A stretch of DNA of 64,000 nt from Eledone cirrhosa (lineage: Eukaryota): positions 3,782,001 through 3,846,000 of the forward strand of contig OZ024762.1 in NCBI GenBank assembly GCA_964016885.1. Reading direction: 5' to 3'. The first letter of the stretch is position 1, and each line of letters starts with the position of its first letter. Made by a program: the position numbers and the translations under genes. This document shows positions 1-13,129 of the stretch, one piece after another. Under the pieces are notes generated by a model. It was given only the letters and a program-made list of their open reading frames with translations. It was not told the origin of the DNA and did no database searches.

Positions 1-2061
1 AGAAAAAGGTGAGAGAATTCTGGCCTGACACGGCCGGTTTAAATGTTAAAGGGTTAAATATTGAACGAATAAAGCAAAGTTAACCTTGGTGAGATTTGAA
101 CTAAAAAAGTATCATCAACATCACCATCATCATTATCACCACCATCATCACCACCACCACCATTATCATCATCATCACCATCATCATCACCACCACCATC
201 ACCATCATCACTGCCATCACAACCACCATCGCCACCACCACCATCATCATCATCACTACCACCATCATCGCTACTATCACCACAATCACCACCACCACCA
301 CCATCATCATCATTACTACTCTTTAAAAAAGTTAATTTCCTTTGTTACTGTAGTTTCTAGGTCAGTGTTATTGTTTAAAAGGTCATTGTAATAGTTTTAG
401 CAATAAAGGTCATTGAATGTGGCTTGACACAAATATTGGACTAAACAATTCTGAATATTGTTTTCATTCCTCTTGTTTCTTCTTCCTCTAGCTAGGGGAC
501 GGGGCTAGGCTTTAGTGTTCAGTCCACAAACATTAGTGACATAAGTGTCAGACAATTAATATGACTTACCAGTTATCATATTGTCTAAACTGTAGGGTGC
601 AGGAGAGAAGACCGCGTTGGTATGGTCATGTGATGCACATGGATGATGACTGCTGGGTGAAGAAGTGCCATGTAATCCCAGTAGAAGGAAGACCATGGAA
701 AACATGGGCGGAGGTGGTGAGCGCTGACCTCAGATTGCTGAAGCTCACCCAGGAGATGATGAAGGACCGTGACAAATGGGAAAATGATGTGCTGAAGAGG
801 ACAAAAACAACAATAGGTCTGTCTACTAGTTAGTACAACAGAGCAGGTTTGTGAACAAGTTAGTAGAGTAGAGCAGGTTTGTGTACTAGTTAGTACAGTA
901 GAACAAGTTTTTCTACTAGTTAACACAATAGTTAGTACATTGGAGTGGGTGTGTCTAACTTAACACAATACATTAACATATTAACCTGAAAAGCTCTTCA
1001 ACAAGTCAATGGTAGTTGACATATTGTTATAGATAAGTATTACAGTTATCAAGAGGGACTAATCAGTAACTTTCAGAGATGATATCTGTACATTGGTGTT
1101 TTTCTAGGTAACTTGTCACAGCTCTAGGTATTCCACTCAAGAGGGCTCGATAAATATTATATATACAAAGGCAGGGGATTGGCAGTATCGGTAGAGGGTC
1201 GAACGCCATGCTTTGACGCATAGTTACGGCCACTCATACTAATATTGAGGTATTGTTCTCAAAATAAATGATATCAAAATCTCATAGATTCAATATTATG
1301 TGAGATAAAGTGTTTATCGTGAAAATACAATAGTATATGTATAGTAATGTAAATGCTAAAGGGTTAACAAGCAATCTTACATAAAACTATGATGGGAAGT
1401 TGTTAGAAAAATATATATGTACACTTGAAAATTGATGTGTAAGCATAGAGATGATATATATTACTTAAAATACATGGTAACTAAATATGTGTTTTCATAG
1501 CTACTCAGAGTTTCATGATGAGAGCTCATTAATCATAGCTGATTAATTTTGCATGGGCCATCAACCATCAGACTTTAAGAAGAAATATGTACAAGGGTGA
1601 ACTGAAAAGTTCTTTGGTTGACCAAATGAGGTGTATTTTTCAACGTAGACCCTGGAAAGAAACAATGCAATTATTTATAAGAAGAGTTGAAATTAATGCA
1701 TGCAAGATTCCACAGCTCTAGCATCACTCCTTGATAGGCTGACCAAGATACTCTCATGGAATGACCAAATGAGGTTTAGTTTTCAACATAGTCCCTGTTT
1801 AGTATATCTGTATGAAACAAGGATAAAACCCAAGGTATTCAATAGGCATAATTCCAAACTACAACAAGACTTTCTACACACAGTCCCCATGACAGTTCAC
1901 TTCAATTCTTATTTATAGGCTTTTTACTTAGTCTGCTTTTAGTTACGCTGGAGTATTCAGGGTTTTTACCCCGCAGCATTTACAAAGGCTGATGGTTCAT
2001 ACAAGATTAATCTGCTGAGATTAATAGGCCCTCATCATGAAAACACATCCTTAGTTGCCAG

Positions 2062-2445
2062 CATCATCATTTTACGTCTGATTTTCTCTGCTTGCAAGGG
2101 TGGGACGGGTCCTTTTCAGCACAGCATCTCACCACCTCCGCCCATGTTTTCCCTGGTCTTCCTTCCACCAGGATTTCTTGGCACTTCTTCATCCAGCGGT
2201 CATCTTCCATGCGCACCACATGTCCATACCAATGCAGTCTTCTCTCCTGCACACTACAGTTTATCCCTCTTATACACAGTTTCTCTCTCGACTCGTCTGT
2301 GCTTGGTCGTTCACGCCCATTGCACATCCATCGGAGCATGCTTGCTTCATTTCTCTCCAGCCTTTGCATATCCTCTGCAGTTACTGCCCATGTCTCACTA
2401 CCATGCAGCATTGCAGATCTCACACAGACATCGTATAACCGGTTC
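2062..2445 (-). mobile_element. RTE LINE 3' fragment (other pieces at 590-800, 9650-9820, 10120-10335, 43553-43780)
   Basis: RSAMLHGSETWAVTAEDMQRLERNEASMLRWMC...RRLHWYGHVVRM. Confidence 0.8.
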
Positions 2446-2534
2446 TGGGCTGTTTGGTGTGAAAAGAATTAAAAAACGTTTAATAAGTTTGATTGGTTGA
2501 TAAAACTTGTTTTTTTTCTGATTTTCTTTTCTAG

Positions 2535-2723
2535 GTATGGTGGCATTGGTGGTGACATACCCTCTAGATGTGGTACGATCTCGTCTGGCTTTTCAAGTGA
2601 AAGGGGAACATCTTTACGTCGGTATTGTAGACACAATGAAGTCCATTATCCACCTAGAAGGGGGCACCACAGCACTTTACAAGGGCATGGTGCCTTCCAT
2701 ACTGGGTATTTCACCATATGCTG
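2535..2723 (+). CDS. SLC25A16: Mitochondrial carrier (Graves disease carrier / CoA transporter type), internal exon; upstream exons not identified in this window
   Basis: ttctag|GT acceptor and G|gtaac donor. Encodes GMVALVVTYPLDVVRSRLAFQVKGEHLYVGIVDT...LYKGMVPSILGISPYA, with the carrier signature PxD/ExxK/R and the SLC25A16-like RLAFQVKGEH. Confidence 0.85.
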
Positions 2724-2912
2724 GTAACTATCTACCTACATTTCTATCTACATATATACAATCTATTTACTATCTCTGTCACTCTTCTGATTTACCTACC
2801 GACTTATCAACCTTCCCTCCAACCTACCTATTTATTTAGCTACCTACCTGCCAACCTACCTACCTATTTACCTATTTGTCAGCCCACCTGCCCGTAACTT
2901 CACATATGGTTC

Positions 2913-3512
2913 TTAACCCTTTCATGACCATATTTCTAATGAAATACACTATTTCAATTAATTAACAAACAATTTTGAAGGATTTACTAAAATTAATAAT
3001 TATTTCATTGCTGAGATAGTAACTTACATATGGTTTTTTAATATAAAATTAAATTGGAAGATTTCAATTTAAATTGGACCCAATAAAATGGGTGGTTTTA
3101 TTTCATAGAACAAGAGCTGGTTTTGGCCAGGTTGGTATCAAAAGGGTTAATTATGAACCCTTTAAAATTATTGGGTTTTTTTCATATGACTGGAGCTGGT
3201 TTTTGGCTGGGTTTAATATCAAAAGGGCCATATAGTAACCTTTTAAAATGGGTGGTTTTGTTTCATAGAACCAAGGATGATTTTGGCTGGGTTTGGTATC
3301 AAAAGGGCCATATAGGAACCTTTTAAAATGGGTGGTTTTGGCCAGGTTGGTATCAAAGGGTTAAATATGAATCCTTTAAAATTGTTTTTTTTTCATATGA
3401 ATGGAACTGGGTTTGGTATCAAAAGGGCTATATAGGAACCTTTTAAAAATGGATGGTTTTGTTTCATAGAACCAGGGGTAGTTTTGACTGGGTATGTTAT
3501 CAAAAGGGTTAA
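2913..3512. mobile_element. Second TTAA MITE family with a tandemly reiterated right end
   Basis: ttaaCCCTTT at the left; 5-6 degenerate copies of ...ttggtatcaaaagggtt/gc at the right. Confidence 0.55.
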
Positions 3513-3541
3513 CTTGGTTTTATTTGTTTTGTCTATTCTAG

Positions 3542-3704
3542 GTTTATCTTTCACTTGTTTTGAGATTATGAAGAATTTATGTTTAGACTATTTTCCCGAT
3601 TCTCTGGGAAGACCATGTCAGAAGACAACCGGTGGTGTCATTCTTATTTTACCTGCCAAACTGTTGTGTGGCGCTTGGGCCGGTGTTATAGCCCAAACAA
3701 CTGC
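3542..3704 (+). CDS. SLC25A16: Mitochondrial carrier internal exon
   Basis: ctag|GT...GC|gtaagt. Encodes GLSFTCFEIMKNLCL...LGRP...AKLLCGAWAGVIAQTT; phases match neighbouring exons. Confidence 0.85.
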
Positions 3705-4149
3705 GTAAGTAAAATTTATATATATATATATATGCTGCACACTTTTCCTGTTTTTATTCTTATACTGTATAAATATATACACACTTGAGTATCAACATCA
3801 TCACCAACACTACCACCACCATCGTCACCATAATCACCATCTTCATCACCACCATTGTCACCATCATCGTCACCATAATCACCACCATAATCGCCATCAT
3901 TATCATCTTTTTCTTCTTTCTTCTCCCACTTATTAGTGGAAGGGTCACAGAGTCCTCCGACACACCTTCTAGAGGGTTCTGTCAGAAGAAACTGTCTTCA
4001 ATTGATCCAGTTGTATCCCACCCTGCCCAAGCGAGACCAACCGAGCTTGTTTCCAATTCCACCACCCCACACCTCCGCCACATAGATTTTTTTTTTTCTT
4101 TTTTCTTTTTGGAATATCTTCCCAATGTCTTTTTTGTTCTGTATTCCAG

Positions 4150-4221
4150 CTATCCATTGGATGTTGTTCGACGTAGGATGCAGTTGTCTCGGATGTTACC
4201 AGAATCCCACAAATATGACCA
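4150..4221 (+). CDS. SLC25A16: Mitochondrial carrier internal exon
   Basis: ccag|C...CA|gtaagt. Encodes YPLDVVRRRMQL, the third carrier signature. Confidence 0.85.
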
Positions 4222-5005
4222 GTAAGTTTCATGGATTCTCTATTCTTTCTTTTTTTTTTTTTTTTTACTGGTTTTCGTGGTGTCGTTCATTAGGCTGTGG
4301 CCATGCTGGAGCACTGCTTTTAAGTATGGTGGTATGGGCCGTTCATTAGGCTGTGGCCATGCTGGAGCACTGCTTTTAAGTATGGGCCGTTCATTAGGCT
4401 GTGGCCATGCTGGAGCACTGCTTTTAAGTATGGTGGTATGGGCTGTTCATTAGTCTGGCCATGTTGGAGCACTGCTTTCAAGGATGGTGGTGGGGGTGGA
4501 GGGTTCTAGTTGTTCATATCAATGATCAACCCCAGTACATATTTTTCAAGTCTACTATTTTATCAACCTCGTTTTGTTGAACTGCTAAGTTAGGGGACAT
4601 ATTCTAACAACAGTAAATGTACACACACACACACATGTATGTATATATAAGACCAATGTTGTCGCTGGAAACTTTGTCTGTATGACTCTGGGCACGTCTT
4701 TGGATGAGACAGCGAGCCACCTGTTGTTCTGGGAGTTGATCTTCTGGTCCTTATTTGTCCTCCTGGCGTGGACTCAAAGAAGAACTCCGTGTCTCTTCCA
4801 CAAATTTGGAGGTTCAAAATTATTCATAATCAATTATTCTGAAAATAAATAATGGAAATATAGTCACTGTTTTTATGAAGACAAGAGTGACAACGGAAGT
4901 AAAAAAAAATTGCATAAAATTAGCAGTTGAAAATTGCGAACAAATATCGTCCACACCCTGGATATATATATATAGCTGTATTTTTTTTCTTTTCTTTTAC
5001 TACAG

Positions 5006-5177
5006 AGGTTGGCTTCGGACATTGCTGGTGATTTACCGTGAAGATGGTGTTAGCAATGGACTGTTCCGAGGGTTGACAGTCAATTACATACGAGTCATCC
5101 CAACTGTGGCTGTGTCCTTTGCCACCTACGAAACAGCAAAACAAATGCTCGGTCTTGACACTGGCGTTGATCGTTAA
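5006..5177 (+). CDS. SLC25A16: Mitochondrial carrier last coding exon
   Basis: Polypyrimidine tract then tacag|A. Encodes GWLRTLLVIYREDGVSNGLFRGLTVNYIRVIPTVAVSFATYETAKQMLGLDTGVDR*. Confidence 0.88.
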
Positions 5178-5772
5178 CTCTTTCAATCTCTTTATTTATA
5201 TCATTTTTAATGTCATTTTTAATTTTGATTCAACTTAATTATAATTTTCTTAATTTATTTATAAATTTTATTTTTTAAAATAGAATTTTTTAATTTCATT
5301 TATTTTTCAAATTCAATTTGTGTCTCCAATTTAATTAATATTATTTTTTTGGTATTTTATTTAATTAGAATGAATGCATGTATGTATGAGTGTGTGTGTG
5401 TGTGTGTATATATCGAGATGTGTGCGAATATATATCGATGTGTGTGAATATATATGTATCACTGAGTGTGTGTGTGTACATATATATGTGGGTGTGAGTG
5501 TGTGTGTGTATATATATCGATGTGTGTGAGTATATATATACCATATTCCGTGTGTGTACATATATATGCGGGTGTGTGTGTGGAGGGGGGTATATATATA
5601 TATATATATCAATGTATGTGAATATATATATATACATGTTAGTGTACATAAATATCTGTTTGTGTGTGTGTATATATATATATATTGATGTGTGTAAATA
5701 TACATATATGAGTTTGTGTATACAAATATATCAATCTGTGTGAATATATATATGAGTTTGTGTATATAAATA

Positions 5773-5807
<35 letters not shown>

Positions 5808-6409
5808 ATGTATGGGTGTGTATATACATGTTTTTGTATTTTTGTGTATGTATATACATGTGTGTTATTGTGTATACGTATGTACATATACATTATAAAT
5901 ATATATTTCTATGTATATATATATATATGTGTGTGTGTAGGTATATATATGTATATATATATGTGTGTGTGTGTGTAAATATGTATGTGGAAGATGGACA
6001 TTAAACGATGATGATGATATATGTGTATATATGTATATATATGCATATATATGTATAGGTATGTATATATGTATAGATATATATATATGTGTGTGTGTGT
6101 GAATGTTTATTCTATGTAATAACCCTGTAAAGTTGTGTATGAAACTGAGTTAAACACAAAATAAGACATTTCAACATGACAACTGCTGGCAGTTCTCTGT
6201 TCTCTGTAGTTTTCTGTGACGGCTCCTTTGATCCATCAAAGGACCATCTATGTACAAGACTGACAACCTTACTTGTTGTTGTCCCGAGAGAATGGGATGA
6301 AGGTCACAACCAATATCTTCTCTATTAAAACATTGTAATATATTTTATTCCAAATTCTAGTTGAATTTCATTTTTACCACACACGCACACACACATATAT
6401 ATATATATA

Positions 6410-6618
6410 CAGGGTTTTTCAAAAAATTTGATATCAATGGCCTGTTCCCAAGGTTGTGACATTGAAATATATATTGTGAATTAATGTTATAACGTGGACA
6501 TGTTTTGAGGAATAAATCTTGTGTTACTCAACATGAAACCTGCTTAGTCTCGTCCTAGACCTTGTATTTTCTGGGATATTTGCATCTCAAATGATATTAA
6601 ATTTTTTGAAACACCCTG
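6410..6618. mobile_element. Tc1/mariner-type MITE
   Basis: TA CAGGGTTTTTCAAAAAATTTGATATCA ... TGATATTAAATTTTTTGAAACACCCTG TA. Confidence 0.75.
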
Positions 6619-6955
6619 TATATATATCTATATATATAAAGTTGTAGTTCCTGTCTGTTTGTTCACAAACTCCTCCTATGGATTTGGAGATAAACCCCCA
6701 TAACCATATATATTCTGAAACTACATTGCCCAGGGTACTTGGATAAGTATATTTCATTTTAATCAAAGGGTTCCCTGAGGGCACAAACCCCCGCAGAAAT
6801 AAAAATAAAATATAGTGTATTTTATTATGAATAAGTTAATGAAAGGGTTAAATATGAACATTTTGAAACGGGTGATTTTATCAAAAAACCAGATGCAATC
6901 TTAAGGGAGTTGGTAAAAGTGCAGTCTGTCTTGAGGCAGGAGGGTCATCAGGTCT

Positions 6956-7830
6956 GTGCTTATTCTGGTCTCCATGGTGTTAAGCTAGTGAGAGTGCAAG
7001 ACTCGCCCCTAGACAGGACACCAGTCCATTGTAGGGTTAAAGTCTCAGGCCAGTGCTTATTCTGGTCTCCATGGTGTTAAGCTAGTGAGAGTGCAAGACT
7101 CGCCCCTAGACAGGACACCAGTCCATTGTAGGGTTAAAGTCTCAGGCCAGTGCTTATTCTGGTCTCCATGGTGTTAAGCTAGTGAGAGTGCAAGACTCGC
7201 CCCTAGACAGGACACCAGTCCATTGTAGGGTGAAAGTCTCAGGCCAGTGCTTATTCTGGTCTCCATGGTGTTAAGCTACTGAGAGTGCAAGACTCGCCCC
7301 TAGACAGGACACCAGTCCATTGTAGGGTTAAAGTCTCAGGCCAGTGCTTATTCTGGTCTCCATGGTGTTAAGCTAGTGAGAGTGCAAGACTCGCCCCTAG
7401 ACAGGACACCAGTCCATTGTAGGGTGAAAGTCTCAGGCCAGTGCTTATTCTGGTCTCCATGGTGTTAAGCTACTGAGAGTGCAAGACTCGCCCCTAGACA
7501 GGACACCAGTCCATTGTAGGGTTAAAGTCTCAGGCCAGTGCTTATTCTGGTCTCCATGGTGTTAAGCTAGTGAGAGTGCAAGACTCGCCCCTAGACAGGA
7601 CACCAGTCCATTGTAGGGTGAAAGTCTCAGGCCAGTGCTTATTCTGGTCTCCATGGTGTTAAGCTACTGAGAGTGCAAGACTCGCCCCTGGACAGGACAC
7701 CAGTTCATTGTAGGGTGAAAGTCTCAGGCCAGTGCTTATTCTGGTCTCCATGGTGTTAAGCTACTGAGAGTGCAAGACTCGCCCCTAGACAGGACACCAG
7801 TCCATTGTAGGGTGAAAGTGTCTGGAGGCT
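6956..7830. repeat. 97-bp tandem array, about 9 copies
   Basis: Unit starts at 6956, 7053, 7150...; unit equals the 3' part of the adjacent SINE (compare 35645-35740). Confidence 0.92.
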
Positions 7831-8472
7831 CATCAAGCCAGTGCTTATTCCAGTCTTCATGTCGTTTAGCTACTGAGAGTACAAGACCTCCCCTTGGACA
7901 GGACATCTATCCATTGCAAGGTTAAGCCCCCAGCTATTGCCGGTACTTACTTTCAACTGAGTATACTGGAGCAACATGAAATGAAGTGTTTTGTCCAAGA
8001 ATCAAACCCACAACATATATCATTTTATGCCCAACACACTTACCACTAAGCCATCCGAGTTGGTACCAAAAGGCTTAACCCTTTAGCATTTATATTACTC
8101 TCTATATATATATTATTGTATGTTTGTGGTAAAGGCTTTATCTTACATAATATCGAATCTATGAGATTTTGATATTATTTATTTTGAGAACAATATCTTA
8201 ATATTGGTATGTATTGGTATGAGTGGCCGGTTACAGCTGGTTTGAACAGAAAGAAGTGAGAGAATCGGGTAAAAAAAAAAAGCAGGATGCGGGCAATCAA
8301 TATCATTAGAATGTTTTTTATTTATTAAAGGTTTGCTGGGTTCCAGCTGACCTTGGACTAAATAACTAAGCACCCCCACAAAAAAAAATAAAACACACAC
8401 ATCTAGGCGAATCTCTTTGAATAACAAATGTATTTTTAGAGATAGAAAAACCAAAGAGACAGCATTTGGACG

Positions 8473-8751
8473 TTAGATTTTAGCTATACTCTTCTTAGAT
8501 TTGGGGACCTTTTCAGAGCTTGATTTCTTTATAGTTCTCTTGGTTTTCCTAGCTTGAGTCTTTTTAGCCTTCACAACAACCTTCTTCTTCTTCTTCGTTT
8601 TTGTCTTCTTGGTCCTTTTAACGACCTTCTTGCTAGGTCTCCTGTAGCCTCGGATCAAATCTAAACGGCCCTCATCCAGCATCAGTTTTTCCCAGTTACT
8701 CATTTTCTCTGCATACTTCTCCCGTTCCATACGAGCTTCTTCATTATAAAT
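8473..8751 (-). CDS. TFAM: TFAM exon 7 (end of HMG-B and Lys-rich tail)
   Basis: IYNEEARMEREKYAEKMSNWEKLMLDEGRLDLIR followed by a basic tail to the stop. WExxMxxxGRxDLIR is the typical TFAM C-terminal motif. Confidence 0.9.
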   Translation of the reverse strand: MYNEEARMEREKYAEKMSNWEKLMLDEGRLDLIRGYRRPSKKVVKRTKKTKTKKKKKVVVKAKKTQARKTKRTIKKSSSEKVPKSKKSIAKI

Positions 8752-9179
8752 CTAAAGAAATAGAATAAGGGTTATAGGTTAATAAATGCCCTTCATAATA
8801 AAGTACATCCCTTTGATAAAGTACTTCTACTACTAAATCTCCTTGATAATACATAACACTGACAATAAATCCCCATGGTATTAAAAATGAAGTAATAGTA
8901 ATGATTTCTATTAGAGGCACAAGACCAACAATTTGGGGTGAGGGAAGTGTTGATAAAACCTACCCCAGTGCATTACTGGTGCTAGAAATTATCAACCCCC
9001 GTAAGGATGAAAGGCAAAGCTAATTTTGGCAGGATTTGAACTCAGAACATAAAGGGCCATAACTCTATGCTACAAAGCATGTCTGATGCTCTACCGATTC
9101 TGCCAATCCCTTAAGATGAAAAGGTATAATAAATAGAAAAAAACCTCTGAGAATTCCTTGAAAAACTAAACAAACCTGT

Positions 9180-9397
9180 CCTCCAATAGTTGTTATGTCT
9201 ATATATAACAACACCTCCAATAGTTGTTATGTCTATATATAACGACACCTCCAATAGTTGTTATGTCTATATATAACAACACCTCCAATAGTTGTTATGT
9301 CTATATATAACGACACCTCCAATAGTTGTTATGTCTATATATAACAACACCTCCAATAGTTGTTATGTCTATATATAACAACACCTCCAATAGTTGT
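9180..9397. repeat. 34-bp tandem array, about 6 copies
   Basis: cctccaatagttgttatgtctatatataacaaca. Confidence 0.9.
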
Positions 9398-9927
9398 CTA
9401 TTGGTTCTGTATGAGCAAAATATGGTCACCTGACCTGGCATTGCTCACAACAGGATAACTTGTCTAACCCATGCTAGCGTGGAAAAGTGGACATTAAACA
9501 ATGATGATGATGATATATAAACAACAACAATGAAAACCAAAGCCAACCCCAATAGTGAGATGGAGAGCCATTACACCCTGGAGGAGACGCACAACTATTT
9601 GAGACCTTTGGCCTCCATATTTAATAACAAAGATTTTTTTAAAAATCCACTAAAAGAAAAGACAAAGACAAATAGAGGAAGACCTGGATAAAAGTGGTGA
9701 GAGTTGATCTCTGATCACTAAAGCTTATGGAGGAGATGACAAAGGAATGTGGAGAAATGGAGAGATGCTGTTCTGAGAAGGACCTGTCCAACCCATGCAA
9801 GCATGGAACAATGGACATATGACTATATATATATACGTGTGACCTATACCATGTGATGATTTCTCCCTCCACAGAATTATTCACTTTGTGACAGGCAGGT
9901 CAGGAAATAGTTCACAAAATGAGGGGT

Positions 9928-10002
9928 TCTCCTGAAGAGTCGACAATGTCAAAGCACTGGTGGATCATTGCTGCAGACCAGTCGATGAAACTGCAGTTGA
10001 GA
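9928..10002 (+). ncRNA. Type I hammerhead ribozyme motif with minimal palindromic helix III
   Basis: tctc CTGAAGA gtcgac...gtcgat GAAA c-tgca-g TT gaga: helices I, II and III all pair and the core is intact; cleavage triplet GUU. Confidence 0.75.
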
Positions 10003-10057
10003 CTTTAAATAAAAATAGGTAATTCTTTGTCTATTCTTTCCTCTCATTTATAATTTG

Positions 10058-10088
<31 letters not shown>

Positions 10089-10386
10089 ATAATATATATC
10101 ATAATGAAATATATGTGATGGGTGGTGATCGGTGGGTGAAGAAGTGCCAAACCAAATAATCCCAGTGGAAGGAAGCCACAGTAGAGGGAGACCTGGATCA
10201 AAGTAGTGAGAGCTGATCTCAGATTACTAAAGCTCATGGAGAAGATGACTAAGGAATGTGGACAAATGGAGAGATGCTGCACTGAGGAGGACATGTCCAA
10301 CCCATGCAAGTGTGGAACAATGGATGAATGATGATGAAATAAAGTTTTAAAATGGTAAAAAAAGCAAAAAAAAAAAAGCTATTTAC

Positions 10387-10443
10387 CTCTTTTTCATCTT
10401 TTGGCAAATTTTTCCAGGTATTTGCTAACTGTTTCGAAAAGAC
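10387..10443 (-). CDS. TFAM: TFAM exon 6
   Basis: VFSKQLANTWKNLPKDEKE; WKNL motif of HMG box B; 57 nt. Confidence 0.88.
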
Positions 10444-11120
10444 CTAGAAAGAGACAAAGAGAAGATATTTGATGTCATCAAATCTAATTGTCAGTATTTT
10501 GGTCGTGTCATCTGGGCCCAAAATTTGACTACTCACGTCCTTCAGGGACGAATACAAGGAAAAAGGGCCAGGGGACGTCAGAAAAAGAGATGGAAAGATG
10601 ATATTAACCCTTTACCATTTACATTACTCTATATTTACTATTATATGTTCATGGTAAAGGCTTTACCTCACATAATATCGAATCTGTGAGATTTTGATAT
10701 TTATTTTGAGAATAATACCTTAACATCAGTATGAGTAGTCAGTTACAGCTGGTTTGAACAGAAAGTGGTGAGAGAATTCTGGCCGTATACAACTGGTTTA
10801 AATAATAAAGAGTTAAGGAATCGACAGGAAGCAGTTTGACAATGTATGACAATGGCAAGAGACAGGAAAAGATGGAGGTTACTGGTCCATAAGTCCATGA
10901 CCCTCGACCCTCAGGCATGAGGCTAAGACTAGATTAAATTTAATTAATTAAATACCATAGAGATAAAAAAATTAGATTTTCATTTCACGATGTCAAACAA
11001 TTGTCATAAATTTGAAATTTCAACTCTTATTTTAAAATCCCAAATCTGTGGTAGTGGTTGTTGTGGCTGTAGTAGTGGTATTAGTGGTTGTTGTAGTGGT
11101 AGTACTGGTGGTGAACTTAC

Positions 11121-11216
11121 AACAAACGAAAGATTTCCACGATCTACTTTCGATGCTTGGACAAAAATGGCGTAGGAATTCATTGGTCTTCGGGGTCGAC
11201 CATGTTTCCGCTCAGT
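11121..11216 (-). CDS. TFAM: TFAM exon 5 (start of HMG box B)
   Basis: TERKHGRPRRPMNSYAIFVQASKVDRGNLSFV; 96 nt, phase 0/0. Confidence 0.88.
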
Positions 11217-12059
11217 CTAAAAAGTAAAAACATAGAGAAAGATTTTAGAGGCTTCGTTAAATTAGACAATAATTATAATGGCTTCTGTTTTTGGCACAAG
11301 GCCAGCAATTATCCCCAGTGTATTGCTGGTGCTTTTTTTTTATAGACCCCATAAGGATAAAAGGCAAAACTAATCTCGGCGAGATTTTAACTCAGATCTT
11401 AAGGGCTGTAACTCTATGTTGCAAAGCATGGTGTCTGACGCTCTACCAATTCTGCCATTCCACCGCCCCCAATCCAATAATAATGCTTTCTGATTTAGGT
11501 ACAAAGCCAACAATATTTGGGTAAAGTGGACCTTTGGGTAAACCTTGAGCTAGGTGGGTGGATAACCTCCATGATTTGGCTGGTCACACTTGGAGATCCT
11601 GCTGGATCAGTTGGAGACGGTTGCTTCTGACAGGACCCACTGGAGGGAGTGTTTCAGGACTCTGCCCCCACGACCCTCTCAGGAAATAAGTGGGCGAAGC
11701 AATTTTGGGGGAGAGGAAAGTTGATTAAATCAACCCCAGTGCATTACTGGTACTTTATTTTATCAACCCCGTAAGGATGAAAGGTAAAGCTAACCCAATG
11801 AAAGTAAATTACACATTTAATCAGCAATAAAATACACCCAGTACACTCTGTAAAGTGGTAATGTTGGTGTCATGATAAAATACACCCAGTACACTCTGTA
11901 TGAGCAAGACTGAGTCATCTGACCTGTCAGCCTCACATGACAACATTGGTGGAGGTGATGATGGCGGTTGATGATAATGATGATGATGATGATGGTGGTG
12001 GTGGTTGATGGTGGCAGTAGTGGTGATGATGATGAAATTAGTTTATTCTGAAAACTTAC

Positions 12060-12209
12060 AATTTTCTTTCTCCTTTTTGCTCGATTCTCCTTCTTCTTTG
12101 CGAAAGACTCTTTCAGAGCAATCAACTCTTCCTCCGTCAGTTCTGCTTTAAACTGGGCATATTGTTCTTTGTAGGCATTTAACCGAACTTGAGCTTGTTC
12201 CCTGAGAAC
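12060..12209 (-). CDS. TFAM: TFAM exon 4 (HMG-A helix 3 and basic linker)
   Basis: VLREQAQVRLNAYKEQYAQFKAELTEEELIALKESFAKKKENRAKRRKKI; 150 nt; tttcag/gtaagt borders. Confidence 0.88.
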
Positions 12210-13058
12210 CTGAAACAGAAGAAGGGAGCAGTTATTGTTGCTGTGTCTGGTTAAATCATGAACTTAACCACCTTTTGTTCATTTTAAATCTGTTATGCTG
12301 GTGACAACAAAGGCACTCAGTTGGCCCTGTAAGGTGGTTGTATTGGTAACATGACAAAAAGCAACTGGTCTACTCTGTAAGGTGGTCATGTTGCTGCCAT
12401 GACAAAAAGTACTCAGTCCACCCTGGAAAGTGGTTGTGTGAGTGACACAACAAAAAAAAACACCCAGTCCAACTTGTAAGCTGGTTGTGTTGGTGACACA
12501 ACAAACAGCACTCAGTCCACACTGTAGAGAGTTCATGCTGGTTACATGACAAAAAGTACATGGTCCACACTGTAAAGTGGTTGTGTTGGTGACATGATGA
12601 AAAGTACCCAGTCGAATTTGTAAGCTGGTCGTGTTGGTGACATGACAAACAGCACCCAGTCAACTCTGTAAAGTAGTTGTGCTGGTACCATGACAAAAAG
12701 TGTCCAAGCCACACTGTAAAGTGGTAGTGCTGGTGACAACAGAAAGCACCCAGTCCACACAGTAAAGAGGTCATGTTGGAGCCATGATAAAAAGCACCAA
12801 GTCCATACTGTAAAGTGGTTGGCATTAGGAAGGGCATCAAGCTGTAGAAACCAAGTCAAAATACAGATCCATATGAGCAAAAGACTGCCATCTGATCTGG
12901 CTTGTCTCATAACTTAACCTGTCTAATGCATGCAAGCATTCAAAATATATGTTGAACAATGGTGATGATGATGATGATGATGAAGGAGATCATGATGGTG
13001 ACGATGGTGAAAATGATAACAAATAGTCTGTTTTCCATGACGTACACGAGGTACTTAC

Positions 13059-13129
13059 TTGTTTTTCTGAGTCTGGTAACTTCTTGTATATCTCTGACAC
13101 AATCCGAATAACCTCCTGTGAGTCGATTC
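13059..13129 (-). CDS. TFAM: TFAM exon 3
   Basis: GIDSQEVIRIVSEIYKKLPDSEKQ, HMG box A helix 2; gtaagt donor. Confidence 0.88.

Noticed and set aside
86-391. Poly-His ORF, plus the many YI/VC/HT ORFs across the window
   Set aside because: Translations of simple repeats with no domain or splice support.
12300-12830. Conserved-plus-variable periodic units resembling a repeat-spacer array
   Set aside because: The variable parts are alignable homologues, so these are diverged copies of the 48-bp unit rather than acquired spacers.
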